Below are positions 17,730-26,517 of a stretch of 64,000 nucleotides of DNA, in pieces. The stretch is from the IMG/VR virus record IMGVR_UViG_3300046542_000312, positions 1,260 through 65,259 of that record; one strand, 5' to 3'. The position numbers and the translations under genes were made by a program. This stretch comes from a virus. Its lineage: Duplodnaviria > Caudoviricetes. The notes under the pieces are model-generated. The model was not told where the DNA came from, searched no databases, and saw only the letters and a program-made list of their open reading frames with translations. The first letter of the stretch is position 1, and every line of letters begins with the position of its first letter.

Positions 17730-18140
17730 ATGGCTCAAGGCCGTGCCATCGACCATCAGCAGATCTTCATTAACGCGATCGACGAGGCCACTGGGCGCAT
17801 CAAGCTCGCTGGCGGCGTTGTCCGCTTCAACGCTCTAACCTTCCCGGTCTTAATCATGCAGGCCTTCGACTGGAACGACGAGGCGGTCGCCAAAGGTGCC
17901 ATCAACATGTCGGACGAGTTCCTGACCGAGGTCGTACTCCTTGAGGCGAACGCCACCGATGAGGAGCGCGAGATCTTCGGGCCGTTGGTTCCCATCGCAA
18001 TCCGGGGGTTCCTCGCAAGGGAGGCAGCCGAACACAAGCGCAAGGCCACCCTGTTCGCAGAAGCCGCCCGCAAGAACCGCGACCGACGCCGCGTCTACCA
18101 CAAGCATAAGTCCGGCCATGCGGCTGGAGATACGCCATGA
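17730..18140 (+). CDS. Hypothetical protein (start MAQGRA)
   Basis: AGGGAG RBS. Confidence 0.75.
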   Translation: MAQGRAIDHQQIFINAIDEATGRIKLAGGVVRFNALTFPVLIMQAFDWNDEAVAKGAINMSDEFLTEVVLLEANATDEEREIFGPLVPIAIRGFLAREAAEHKRKATLFAEAARKNRDRRRVYHKHKSGHAAGDTP

Positions 18141-18460
18141 CCGACGCAGCCTTCGAGGCCCGGCGGCATCTCAGGGAGGTCAACCGCATCGCCTCCCTCG
18201 CAAGCCAGATGGCCACCGGCTACATCATCGGCCGGAACTACTCGGCCGACAGCGGATATCAGGCGGGACGGTGGACGAAAGCCGTGGCCGCCGCCAGGAA
18301 GCGATACCCCGCACTGATCAAGTCCTCGCCCCTCGATGCGCTCCGGCTCTTTGCGGACATCGTGTCGGCCGTGAACGCCATGCACGAGGCAAGGACTTCC
18401 AAGCGGGATCTCGGACAGACATTCTCAATGGATCACGAACACCGCCTGACCGGACGATAA
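18137..18460 (+). CDS. Hypothetical protein
   Basis: ATGA overlap. Confidence 0.7.
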   Translation: MTDAAFEARRHLREVNRIASLASQMATGYIIGRNYSADSGYQAGRWTKAVAAARKRYPALIKSSPLDALRLFADIVSAVNAMHEARTSKRDLGQTFSMDHEHRLTGR

Positions 18461-18495
18461 CTCCGGCCGGGTGGCCAGACATATAGGAGGAGGAC

Positions 18496-19014
18496 ATGAA
18501 GCTCGAACGATACAGGGACTTCGCCGCCCGCATGGGTGCGGAGGGGGAGGACAGGCCGGAGACGCGGCTGGTCGAGGACGCCCACAGGGGACGGAGCCGT
18601 GACTGGTTCCTGGTCTTCGTGAAAGGAAAGAACGGCGGCGTCGCGCTGGTCGACTGTTTGAGGGGCCGCCTTCCGGAGACTGGCAACAGCTTCAAGATAC
18701 CGGCGGACACGACGAGGCTGGCACTGTCGCAGTACCTGCTGTCGGACACGGCGATGAAGGCGGCGCGGGAGATGCTCACGCCGGACAGCGAGGCCGACCT
18801 CGACATCTTCACCTTCGCCGTCGGACTGCATTCGCTGGAACGAAACGAGTACGGATCCGGTAACGGGGACTACGACACCAAGCCACCGTCGCTCGACGGC
18901 AGGCTCTGGCTCCGCATCCCGCGTGACCGGCGCATGGAGTTCGTCAAGGCGATGGCCATGGGGCTGCGACGCGGCATCCATCCCGACCAGACGACGGAGG
19001 AGATGCTGGCATGA
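18496..19014 (+). CDS. Hypothetical protein
   Basis: AGGAGGAGG RBS. Confidence 0.75.
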   Translation: MKLERYRDFAARMGAEGEDRPETRLVEDAHRGRSRDWFLVFVKGKNGGVALVDCLRGRLPETGNSFKIPADTTRLALSQYLLSDTAMKAAREMLTPDSEADLDIFTFAVGLHSLERNEYGSGNGDYDTKPPSLDGRLWLRIPRDRRMEFVKAMAMGLRRGIHPDQTTEEMLA

Positions 19015-19355
19015 CCTCGACGACAGAATGGGTTAGAGACTGGTTCCGCAAGAACGGTCTGGCCAGCATGGACGAGGTCATCAGGGGGCTGCCGATGTGC
19101 GATCCCCTGGAAGTCGAGGCCGTCACCTACGCGCTGGTGGCGACGGCCCAGCTCGGGGAGAACGAGGACGGGGACTTCTATCCGTGGTCGCCGTCTCCGT
19201 TCCCGCCGGAGGACATGGAGATCATCAGGGCTGAAGGATTCCCTCCGGGGTTCATCCGCCTGTTCTGCGACCGCCATGGATGCGATCTCTACGAGGCCAT
19301 GGAGCGTAACCAGAAGTATAGGTCCTTCATTAACCAGAAGTGGCAGGGGGAGTAG
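19011..19355 (+). CDS. Hypothetical protein
   Basis: ATGA overlap. Confidence 0.7.
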   Translation: MTSTTEWVRDWFRKNGLASMDEVIRGLPMCDPLEVEAVTYALVATAQLGENEDGDFYPWSPSPFPPEDMEIIRAEGFPPGFIRLFCDRHGCDLYEAMERNQKYRSFINQKWQGE

Positions 19356-19406
19356 ACAGTTGTCAACAATTGTATATGGTGAGCCTGCCAACCACGGAGA
19401 CACGCC

Positions 19407-19892
19407 ATGACCGCCATCGAATCCATCACCCTTCCTTACGACCTTCCCACCTTCGCAGGGGTCGACGCGGCGCATACGGCGGACTTCGGCATGCAGGCCT
19501 ATGTCGGCGGCGTGTCGGCCTGCATCCATCACTCGCTCACAACCAACATGCCCGTCTGGCTCGACGTGTTCTGCGCCGACCAGGCGACGGCCGACGCCTT
19601 CCTCGCCCACGTGGCCGACAAGGACGTGCTGCCGAACGTCAGGATCCCCGCCTTCCGCCATCTCGACGGCGTGGACGCATACATCTGCGACGGCCGCATG
19701 ATCTGGGCTTCCTGCCCGGCGCGCGCGGTCATCGAGGCGCTGGCCGAGGACGACACGTTCGACGAGGACGCGAAGCGGGAGACAGTCCGCTCCTACTTCG
19801 GTCTCGGCCACCCGGAACACGAGCTCCACCACTACGCCGGGTTCTTCGCAATGGGGGAAGAACTGGCGCGGCTTCTCAAGGTCACGAGATAA
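19407..19892 (+). CDS. Hypothetical protein
   Basis: GGAG RBS; TAGACA..TATGGT promoter at about 19353-19380. Confidence 0.75.
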   Translation: MTAIESITLPYDLPTFAGVDAAHTADFGMQAYVGGVSACIHHSLTTNMPVWLDVFCADQATADAFLAHVADKDVLPNVRIPAFRHLDGVDAYICDGRMIWASCPARAVIEALAEDDTFDEDAKRETVRSYFGLGHPEHELHHYAGFFAMGEELARLLKVTR

Positions 19893-19916
19893 GTCCAGCC
19901 ATGTAGCCAGACTTAT
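19889..19916. promoter_or_regulatory. Operator-like ATAAGTC-N14-GACTTAT
   Basis: Degenerate copies at 18457-18484 and 21039-21066. Confidence 0.6.
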
Positions 19917-19975
19917 GGATTGTCACTTGCAAGGCCGGATCGAATTATCAACTGGCCAACACAAGGAGAGCCATC

Positions 19976-20935
19976 ATGGGTCGCACATCCAATCGCATCA
20001 TATCCGAGTTCTCGCGCAAGCAGGGCGAACGCGTCAAGGCCATCGGCAAGCAGCCTGAGAACGGCGGCCTCGGTGGCAACCACTCCGTCACCACCTACTT
20101 CCTGTCCCGCGTCCTCTACCGCGTCGCCATGGCGGGCGGAGACAGCTACGCTCTGAAGGGCGGCATGCTCCACTACATGCGCGACGGCCTCGGCGGCTGC
20201 CGCCCCACATCCGACATCGACCTGCACGCCCACGACGAGGAGCTGGCCGGCGAGATCGACTACACGATCCGGGAGATGCTGACGGCCACAGTCTACGACG
20301 ACAACGGAGAGGTCGACGACGGCATCTGGATCGACAGCGTCATCCCGGAAGGACTCGCGCACTCGGGAGGAGAAGGCCGTCGGTTCGTCATCAAGGGCGG
20401 CGTCGGCGAGACCGAGGTCTCCGTCAAGATCGACGTGGGATTCGGGGGCGTGAAGCCAAAGGACATGGCCTACAAGGCCGTGCCACTGATCGCGAAGAAC
20501 GTGCCGACCGCCGAGATGCCGTGCTTCCCCGACTGGTACGTGGTGTCCGAAAAGCTACACGCCATCGAGCAGCATGGTGCCGAGAACACCCGCGTCCGCG
20601 ACTACTGGGATCTCCGCAAGTTCGCCCGCATGATCGAGGAAGGCACGCTCGACAGACAGAAGGTCATCGAGGCCATCGTCTTCACATACGGGGATCGCGA
20701 CACCGAGATCGACGCGGATCCCTTCGGACTGCGCGCTGAGTTCGCAGACGAGTTCCGCGAGAAGACGTGGAGGAACTGGCACAACTCCCGCAACTGGAAG
20801 CAGGAGGGCACCCTCGAGCAGTGCGTCCTCGACATCCAGGAGATCTACCGCGAACTCCTGTGGGAGGCACGTCTCCTCATCGAGGACAGGCTTGCCGACG
20901 CTCAGGCCTACGGGTATCCCGTCTACCGTCCCTGA
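19976..20935 (+). CDS. AbiEii/DUF1814-family nucleotidyltransferase toxin
   Basis: LKGG, RPTSDID, KIDVGFG, SEKLHA, RVRDYWDL. Confidence 0.9.
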   Translation: MGRTSNRIISEFSRKQGERVKAIGKQPENGGLGGNHSVTTYFLSRVLYRVAMAGGDSYALKGGMLHYMRDGLGGCRPTSDIDLHAHDEELAGEIDYTIREMLTATVYDDNGEVDDGIWIDSVIPEGLAHSGGEGRRFVIKGGVGETEVSVKIDVGFGGVKPKDMAYKAVPLIAKNVPTAEMPCFPDWYVVSEKLHAIEQHGAENTRVRDYWDLRKFARMIEEGTLDRQKVIEAIVFTYGDRDTEIDADPFGLRAEFADEFREKTWRNWHNSRNWKQEGTLEQCVLDIQEIYRELLWEARLLIEDRLADAQAYGYPVYRP

Positions 20936-20955
20936 TTACTATCATCATTCCCCAT

Positions 20956-20988
20956 AGCCCCCTTGGTTCATTCCTTGGGGGCTTTTTG
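20956..20988 (+). terminator. Rho-independent terminator
   Basis: AGCCCCC...GGGGGCT-TTTT. Confidence 0.8.
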
Positions 20989-21002
20989 CGTTCCGGAGAT
21001 TG

Positions 21003-21033
21003 TCGCTCCTCCTCGTGCCTCGTCAGTGCGAAG
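21003..21033 (-). repeat. TCCTCG/CTCGTCA element, copy 3
   Basis: 31 bp identical to 24429-24459. Confidence 0.9.
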
Positions 21034-21127
21034 GACTCATAACTCCGGCCACGTAGCCAATCTTTGCCTTGTTCCAGGATTCGCCGGCACACATGATGGG
21101 TGTACGCCAAGCTAACAAGGATTCATC

Positions 21128-22180
21128 ATGATCGACACGCTCTCCCAGTCCAGCATCAAGCCTTCGACCGTCGCCGAGATCATCGCCGCCGTCGTCGATC
21201 GCAACATGCGTCTCGCAGACGTCGGTTCCGGCAAGGAGCCGCTCACGCCCTACATCGTCGGCGACCCCGGCATCGCCAAGACTTCCGTCGTCCGGAAGGT
21301 GGGCCACACCATGGGGCTGGAAGTCCGCACGCTCATCACGGCGCAGTACGATCCGGCCGTTCTCGGCGGCTTCCCGATCGTGTCCGCGGACAAGGGTACG
21401 GTCAGGCGCGCACGTGCGGAGGAACTGCCATGGGAAGGACGCGGGATCCTGTTCCTCGACGAGCTGCCGCAGGCATCTCTGGCCGTCCAGAACATCGTGG
21501 CGCAGCTCATCCAGGAGCATCGCATCGGCCCGACGGTCATCCCTCCGACGTGGTCCATCATCGCCGCAGGCAACAAGCCGTCCAACCGTGCAGGCACCAC
21601 CACGATCCCCTCCCATCTCCGGGGCAGGCTCATGTTCCTCTACATGGAGCCGGACATCGACGAGTGGCTGGAATACGCCGTGGAGGCGGATGTCGCCGCG
21701 GAGATCGTCGGCTACCTCAGGTACCGCAAGGACTTCTTCCACAAGTTCGAGACCACCGCCGACGGTCAGCGCAACCCGCGTAGCTGGGAGAAGTCCAGCG
21801 AGATCATCGCTCTCAGGCTGTCTCCGCTGGCCGAGCAGGCGGCTCTGACGGGTGTTCTTGGTGTTGCTGGCGGCGGAGATCTTGCGGGCTTCCTCCGGCT
21901 CTACAGGGAGCTTCCGTCGATCGAGGAGATCCTGTCGAACCCGCGCGGTGCCAGACTGCCCGTCCAGCCTCAGGTGGCATACGCCTGCGCGGCCGCTCTC
22001 GCCCGTGCCGTTGACGCAGGCAACATCGACCGGGCGATCACGTATCTGGACCGCATCGGCAAGAACGACATCAAGACCTTCGCCCTGAACGACGCGCTCC
22101 TGCGCAATCCGGGAACCGTGCAGAACAAGGCGATGGCCGAGTGGATCATGAACTACCGCAAGCAGAGGAGCGTCGCATGA
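21128..22180 (+). CDS. MoxR-like AAA+ ATPase
   Basis: GDPGIAKT, LFLDE, AAGN, PRSWE. Confidence 0.92.
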   Translation: MIDTLSQSSIKPSTVAEIIAAVVDRNMRLADVGSGKEPLTPYIVGDPGIAKTSVVRKVGHTMGLEVRTLITAQYDPAVLGGFPIVSADKGTVRRARAEELPWEGRGILFLDELPQASLAVQNIVAQLIQEHRIGPTVIPPTWSIIAAGNKPSNRAGTTTIPSHLRGRLMFLYMEPDIDEWLEYAVEADVAAEIVGYLRYRKDFFHKFETTADGQRNPRSWEKSSEIIALRLSPLAEQAALTGVLGVAGGGDLAGFLRLYRELPSIEEILSNPRGARLPVQPQVAYACAAALARAVDAGNIDRAITYLDRIGKNDIKTFALNDALLRNPGTVQNKAMAEWIMNYRKQRSVA

Positions 22181-22299
22181 GGATCCGTTTCGTATTCGCC
22201 GCAGGGGTGATGCTCCTGCTCGCCGCCTGCCAGAGCAACAACCAGTACAGCGATCCGATCGTCATCGAGGCGATCAGGCTACAGAACGAGGGGAAATGA
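22177..22299 (+). CDS. 40-aa lipoprotein MRIRFVFAAGVMLLLAACQSNN...
   Basis: Lipobox LAAC; ATGA overlaps at both ends; GAGGAG RBS. Confidence 0.7.
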   Translation: MRIRFVFAAGVMLLLAACQSNNQYSDPIVIEAIRLQNEGK

Positions 22300-23306
22300 A
22301 CATGTACGACCACGAAGACAAGAAGACCATCGACATCGAAGACTACATCGTAGCGGCCGGCACCAGCGACACGCCCGTCGCCGACATGCCTGTGGCATTC
22401 GAGGAAGCCGCCGAAGTGAAGGACGACGATGGCAACCTGCACAGGACGTCGCTTCTGATCTCGGTCAAGTTCTCGGCATGGAAGGGCGAGCGCGTCGACC
22501 GTCCGGCCTCCGACGAGATCGTCCGGCAGAGCAAGGCCGAATCCAAGTCGGCCCGCGTCGTCAAGTCGCTGGTGTCGAAGGAATACCTCACCGACATCAA
22601 TGCGTCGATGAAGTCGCTCAAGACCATCTGGCACCTCCAGACGCTCCCCTGGATGGATTCGGGCCAGCGCATCATTCCGGCGACGAAGTTCCCCAAGTTC
22701 ATGGACGCGGCCCTGCCGATCATCAACCAGTTCGACCAGGCCGCCGACAAGTTCGCATCGGAGTATCCGGATCTCCTGTCGAAAGCGGAGGCCCGTCTCG
22801 GATCCCTATACCGCGCCGAGGACTATCCGGACGTGGCCAGCGTGCGCGCTCTCTTCGCCGTGACGATCCGTCCGTCTCCCGTGCCGCACTATGACGACTG
22901 GCGCGTCGACCTTCCGAACGAACAGATCGAGGCCATCAAGCTTCTGACGAGGAAGTCCACGGCCGAGGCATGCGCCCAGGCGACACGCGTGCTGGCACTG
23001 CGTCTCTACAAGCTCGTCCACCAGTTCCACGACAGGATCGACGCGTTCGACAAGGGCGAGACCGAACGCCTGCGCTCCCAGCTCACGGATGCGATCGGCG
23101 ATCTCGCAGGCAGGGCCGACGACTACAACTTCGAGGGCAACCATGAGCTGGCCGGGATCATCTCGGACATGAAGAACCAGCTTGCCGTGCCGACCAAGGG
23201 ACTCGTCCGCAACGAGGAGGCCCGCGCCGTGGTGAAGAGCAACGCCGAGAACTTGATGGGCAGGCTGCGTGGTCTCGGTCTCTCGAAGGATTCGTCCGAT
23301 GAGTGA
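22296..23306 (+). CDS. DUF3150-like protein
   Basis: TLPW..GQRIIP and F..EYP..A..RLG.LY..EDYP pattern; usual AAA/VWA partner. Confidence 0.7.
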   Translation: MNMYDHEDKKTIDIEDYIVAAGTSDTPVADMPVAFEEAAEVKDDDGNLHRTSLLISVKFSAWKGERVDRPASDEIVRQSKAESKSARVVKSLVSKEYLTDINASMKSLKTIWHLQTLPWMDSGQRIIPATKFPKFMDAALPIINQFDQAADKFASEYPDLLSKAEARLGSLYRAEDYPDVASVRALFAVTIRPSPVPHYDDWRVDLPNEQIEAIKLLTRKSTAEACAQATRVLALRLYKLVHQFHDRIDAFDKGETERLRSQLTDAIGDLAGRADDYNFEGNHELAGIISDMKNQLAVPTKGLVRNEEARAVVKSNAENLMGRLRGLGLSKDSSDE

Positions 23307-24426
23307 TGCGGCGGCACGTGGCGTCGAGGCGGCGATGACGGGGCTGATGAACACACAGCCCTTCTTCGCCTCGGTGCTTCACACGATGGAGGTCTCCGTC
23401 GAGGACAGCCTGCCGACGTCCACTATCATCGTCGACGGGGAGCGGGTGTTCATTCATCCGCGCTTCGTTCTCGAGCACACCGAGAAGGAGCTTCAGGCCG
23501 TGCTGGCGAAAGAGGCTATGCACGTGGTCTACAAGCACCACCTGAGGCGTGGCGACAGGGATGCGCGCATCTGGAACCTCGCCGCCTCATACGTGGCCAT
23601 TCCGCTCGTCCTGGAGTGTGGTCTCTATCCGCCGCGTGGATACCTTCACGACAAGGATTTCGAGAACCTGTCCGTCGAGGAGGTCTACGAAATCCTGAAG
23701 GAAGACCTCGAAGACGACGAGGAGGAGATCGAACAGCAATTCGGCCGCGCCGCCGAGACCGGAGGCATCGTCATCGACCCGGAGGACGCGTCGAAGGCTT
23801 CCGGCCAGGGGCAGATGCAACTGGAGGCCGACGTCCGCTTCGCCATGGCCCAGGCATCCCAGCAGGGCAAGCTTCCGGGATCTCTGAAGAGAAAGCTCGA
23901 TGCGGGGCTGGAGAGGGCCGTACAGTGGCAGGAGCTGCTTTTGCATGAACTCACCCGTCACGGAGCCTTGGACTGGTCCTACGCCCGTCCCAGCCTGTTT
24001 GCGCCACCAGATGTGATCCTTCCCACCACGCATGGCATGCAGGCAGGCGTGGTCGTCATCGCCGGGGACACTTCGGGGTCGCTTTCGGTCGAGCAGCTCA
24101 TGGACCAGATCGCCGAGACGAACGCCATCATCGAACAGGCTCGGCCGTCGCTCGTCTGGCTCGTCCAGTGCGACGAACACGTACAGCATGCCGAAGTCCT
24201 CGATGGGCCGATCCCCGGACTGCAGGTGGCCGGCGGCGGCGGCACGCGGTTCCAGCCCGTGTTCGACTGGATCGAGGAGATGGAGGTCAATCCCGACGTC
24301 CTCATCTACATGACCGACTGCGAAGGCCCGGCTCCGTTCGAACCGGACTATCCGGTGATCTGGCTGTCGTGTTCCCGGAAGAGCGGGCCGTTCGGGACTA
24401 CCATCCATACCAACAGTCCCAACTGA
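23299..24426 (+). CDS. DUF2201-type metallopeptidase-like plus VWA domain protein
   Basis: DTSGS MIDAS, GGGGT, TD; N-terminal KEAMH..H.LRR and WNLA. Confidence 0.88.
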   Translation: MSDAAARGVEAAMTGLMNTQPFFASVLHTMEVSVEDSLPTSTIIVDGERVFIHPRFVLEHTEKELQAVLAKEAMHVVYKHHLRRGDRDARIWNLAASYVAIPLVLECGLYPPRGYLHDKDFENLSVEEVYEILKEDLEDDEEEIEQQFGRAAETGGIVIDPEDASKASGQGQMQLEADVRFAMAQASQQGKLPGSLKRKLDAGLERAVQWQELLLHELTRHGALDWSYARPSLFAPPDVILPTTHGMQAGVVVIAGDTSGSLSVEQLMDQIAETNAIIEQARPSLVWLVQCDEHVQHAEVLDGPIPGLQVAGGGGTRFQPVFDWIEEMEVNPDVLIYMTDCEGPAPFEPDYPVIWLSCSRKSGPFGTTIHTNSPN

Positions 24427-24428
24427 AC

Positions 24429-24459
24429 TCGCTCCTCCTCGTGCCTCGTCAGTGCGAAG
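24429..24459 (-). repeat. TCCTCG/CTCGTCA element, copy 4
   Basis: Identical to 21003-21033. Confidence 0.9.
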
Positions 24460-24518
24460 AATCGTTAACCTCGGATGCGTCGGCCGCTTGACGGTTGCAT
24501 GGCGCACCGTTAACGTCC

Positions 24519-24641
24519 AATCAGCACTGGGGAGCATGGCCCCGGCAGCGGTCTCGCGGAAGCTGAGACATCCTTTCTTCCTTGGTTGGCGCTTTAGAAG
24601 AAAGCACCCCGTTCTCGAAAGAGGCGGGGTGTTCTGCTTTT
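24519..24641 (+). ncRNA. Candidate sRNA or attenuated leader
   Basis: TTGACG-N17-TAACGT promoter (24488-24516), hairpin, CU-rich stretch, and terminator-like GCACCCCG..CGGGGTGT. Confidence 0.4.
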
Positions 24642-24859
24642 ATGGCTCCGCTATCATCAAGGCACGTGTCGCAAATGCCGAATTCGTGGCCACTGAATGG
24701 GTTCTGACCGTCCATCCGGTGTTCGACACGTCAATAGTTCTTCGACGCACTGTATGGCCTGTTTCTGACGGTTATCCGTATTTCCCTTCATGTTCGACGA
24801 CTCCAGTCAGGATGCACGCTCGTCTGTTTGCCGTCCGTTTCTATTAAGATTCAAGGACA

Positions 24860-25008
24860 TACGTGATTATCTACTTCCACTACCCTTCTGTCCTCCGCCT
24901 CCCTGCTCGCTCTGAGTCAGATTCCGAATCCGAGTCTCCAACAGGAGGCAGGTGGGGGGGGCAGGTGGGCAGGTGGGCAGGTGGGTAGTGGAAGTAGATA
25001 ATCACGTA
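24860..25008. repeat. 26-bp perfect inverted repeat enclosing 4 tandem GANTC sites and GCAGGTGG x4; putative replication origin
   Basis: TACGTGATTATCTACTTCCACTACCC (24860-24885) and its complement (24983-25008). Confidence 0.75.
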
Positions 25009-25171
25009 CATAACTGTAACTGTTATATAATCCTCGACACGAGTCCTATGTTGGAAGCACTGTTGAAGGATTCGATTGTAGCCGGCGCTTGCGGCTGGCA
25101 GAAACGTGTCTCACTATCTGGATGTCACCGCCGCGTTTGCCGACGCGAGTGACGCTTAGAAAGGACACATC

Positions 25172-26380
25172 ATGAAAGCCAATCCCCTGCATCACACATG
25201 CACGTGGTTCGACAGCGAACTCCGTGACCGCGCACTTTGCTTCGACTGGGACGTTGACCCGGACACCGTCGAGCAGCTTGTGCCATTTCCTCCTTACAGG
25301 ACGACGAAGGGCCGCAACACGATGGCCGCCGTCATCTCGGATGCGATTATCTCCTCGAAGATGCACCCAGGAATCCGCACGTCGTACTCCCGCAACAACA
25401 ACTGGAATGCCGAAAAGTCCCGCTACTACGGGAAGGATCTGGCGCTGACCACGGTTCCCGAGATCGTCGATCGTCTCGTGGACAGCGGAGTCCTTGTCGA
25501 GCACGACAAGCGCCCTCCGACGCCGTTCGCCACCGGAATCCAGTCTTCATTCCTCCCGTCCGAACACCTGAAGGACATCGAGCTTCAGGCCGTACGGCGT
25601 CGACGCAACGAGCTGATCCGCCTCAAGGACAAGGAAGGCGGATACATCGACTACAAGGACACGGAGCGCACGGAGCGTGACCGCAGGTTCGTGACGAAGA
25701 TCAATCGAATCCTTGAGGAAGCCGACATCGAGCTGAACTCTCCGAATGGTATCCAGGAAGGAGACCTGATCCGGTTCTCCGAGCATTCCGTCATCGCGGC
25801 TGACAAGTCCCTCTACCGGGTCTATAACCGCGGCGTATGGACGATGGGCGGAAGGTTCTACGGAGGCTTCTGGCAGGGTGTCAGCAAGAAGGACAGGGCG
25901 TTCTTCTGCATCAACGGCCAGTCTGTCGCCGAGGAGGACTACAGTCAGATCCATCCGTCCATGCTGTATGCCATGGCAGGAGCCACGAAGGACGGAGACG
26001 CCTACGATATCCCCGGCTGGGATCGCGACCTCTGTAAGAAGGCGTTCAACATCCTCATCAACGCCAACGGCTGGACTCAGTGCCACAATGCGCTGATGTA
26101 CAAGGGCATGGACTACGACGAGGCGGCCGCCTTCATCGAGGCGGTCAAGGCCAAGCACCCGAAGATCCGGGAATACTTTCACAGCGGACTCGGCATCGAA
26201 CTCCAGAACTTCGACTCGGCGATGTGCCGGATCGTGCTTGACGAGATGAGCATCAAGCGCAAGATCGTGTGCCTCCCCATCCACGATTCCTTCATCGTCC
26301 CTGAGGACTGCCGTGACGAACTGGTCGAAGTGATGCAGATGGCCTGGAGCAAGGTGATGCCGACGCTGGCAAATCACTGA
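25172..26380 (+). CDS. Family-A/T7-RNAP-fold polymerase (TV-Pol-like), putative replication initiator or primase
   Basis: GGRFY, motif A EEDYSQIHP, motif B RDLCKK, motif C PIHDSF; no exonuclease domain. Confidence 0.75.
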   Translation: MKANPLHHTCTWFDSELRDRALCFDWDVDPDTVEQLVPFPPYRTTKGRNTMAAVISDAIISSKMHPGIRTSYSRNNNWNAEKSRYYGKDLALTTVPEIVDRLVDSGVLVEHDKRPPTPFATGIQSSFLPSEHLKDIELQAVRRRRNELIRLKDKEGGYIDYKDTERTERDRRFVTKINRILEEADIELNSPNGIQEGDLIRFSEHSVIAADKSLYRVYNRGVWTMGGRFYGGFWQGVSKKDRAFFCINGQSVAEEDYSQIHPSMLYAMAGATKDGDAYDIPGWDRDLCKKAFNILINANGWTQCHNALMYKGMDYDEAAAFIEAVKAKHPKIREYFHSGLGIELQNFDSAMCRIVLDEMSIKRKIVCLPIHDSFIVPEDCRDELVEVMQMAWSKVMPTLANH

Positions 26381-26383
26381 AAC

Positions 26384-26426
26384 TGAAACGGCCTCGGGGG
26401 AAAGGACTCACCCCGAGGCCGTTAAA
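26384..26426. terminator. Bidirectional terminator hairpin
   Basis: AACGGCCTCGGGG / CCCCGAGGCCGTT. Confidence 0.75.
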
Positions 26427-26517
26427 TTAGGTTCTCCAACCTCTTCATCCCTACCGGACGGGCCGTTTCACCGTGAGGCTATTGGCAGGGACGAAGGTTT
26501 GCCGTCCTTCATCCATA
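26427..26517 (-). ncRNA. Candidate antisense sRNA
   Basis: TTGACA-N17-TATCAA promoter (26551-26523); long stem AACCUUCGUCCCUGCC/GGUAGGGAUGAA(GA)GGUU. Confidence 0.5.

Noticed and set aside
18455-18495. Twister ribozyme (UAACUCC...GGAGGAGG)
   Set aside because: Lacks the central GGU..CAAGC core; better explained as operator plus RBS.
21003-21033. Minus-strand CUGACGAG..CGAGG as a hammerhead
   Set aside because: GAGG instead of GAAA, no stem III, and one copy has GUGA.
24947-24985. GCAGGTGG repeats as CRISPR
   Set aside because: Tandem 8-mers without spacers; no cas operon (the Cas4-like nuclease is a common solo phage gene).
24860-25008. Protelomerase telRL site
   Set aside because: Arms separated by a 97-bp spacer; the recombinase looks like an ordinary integrase with attP.
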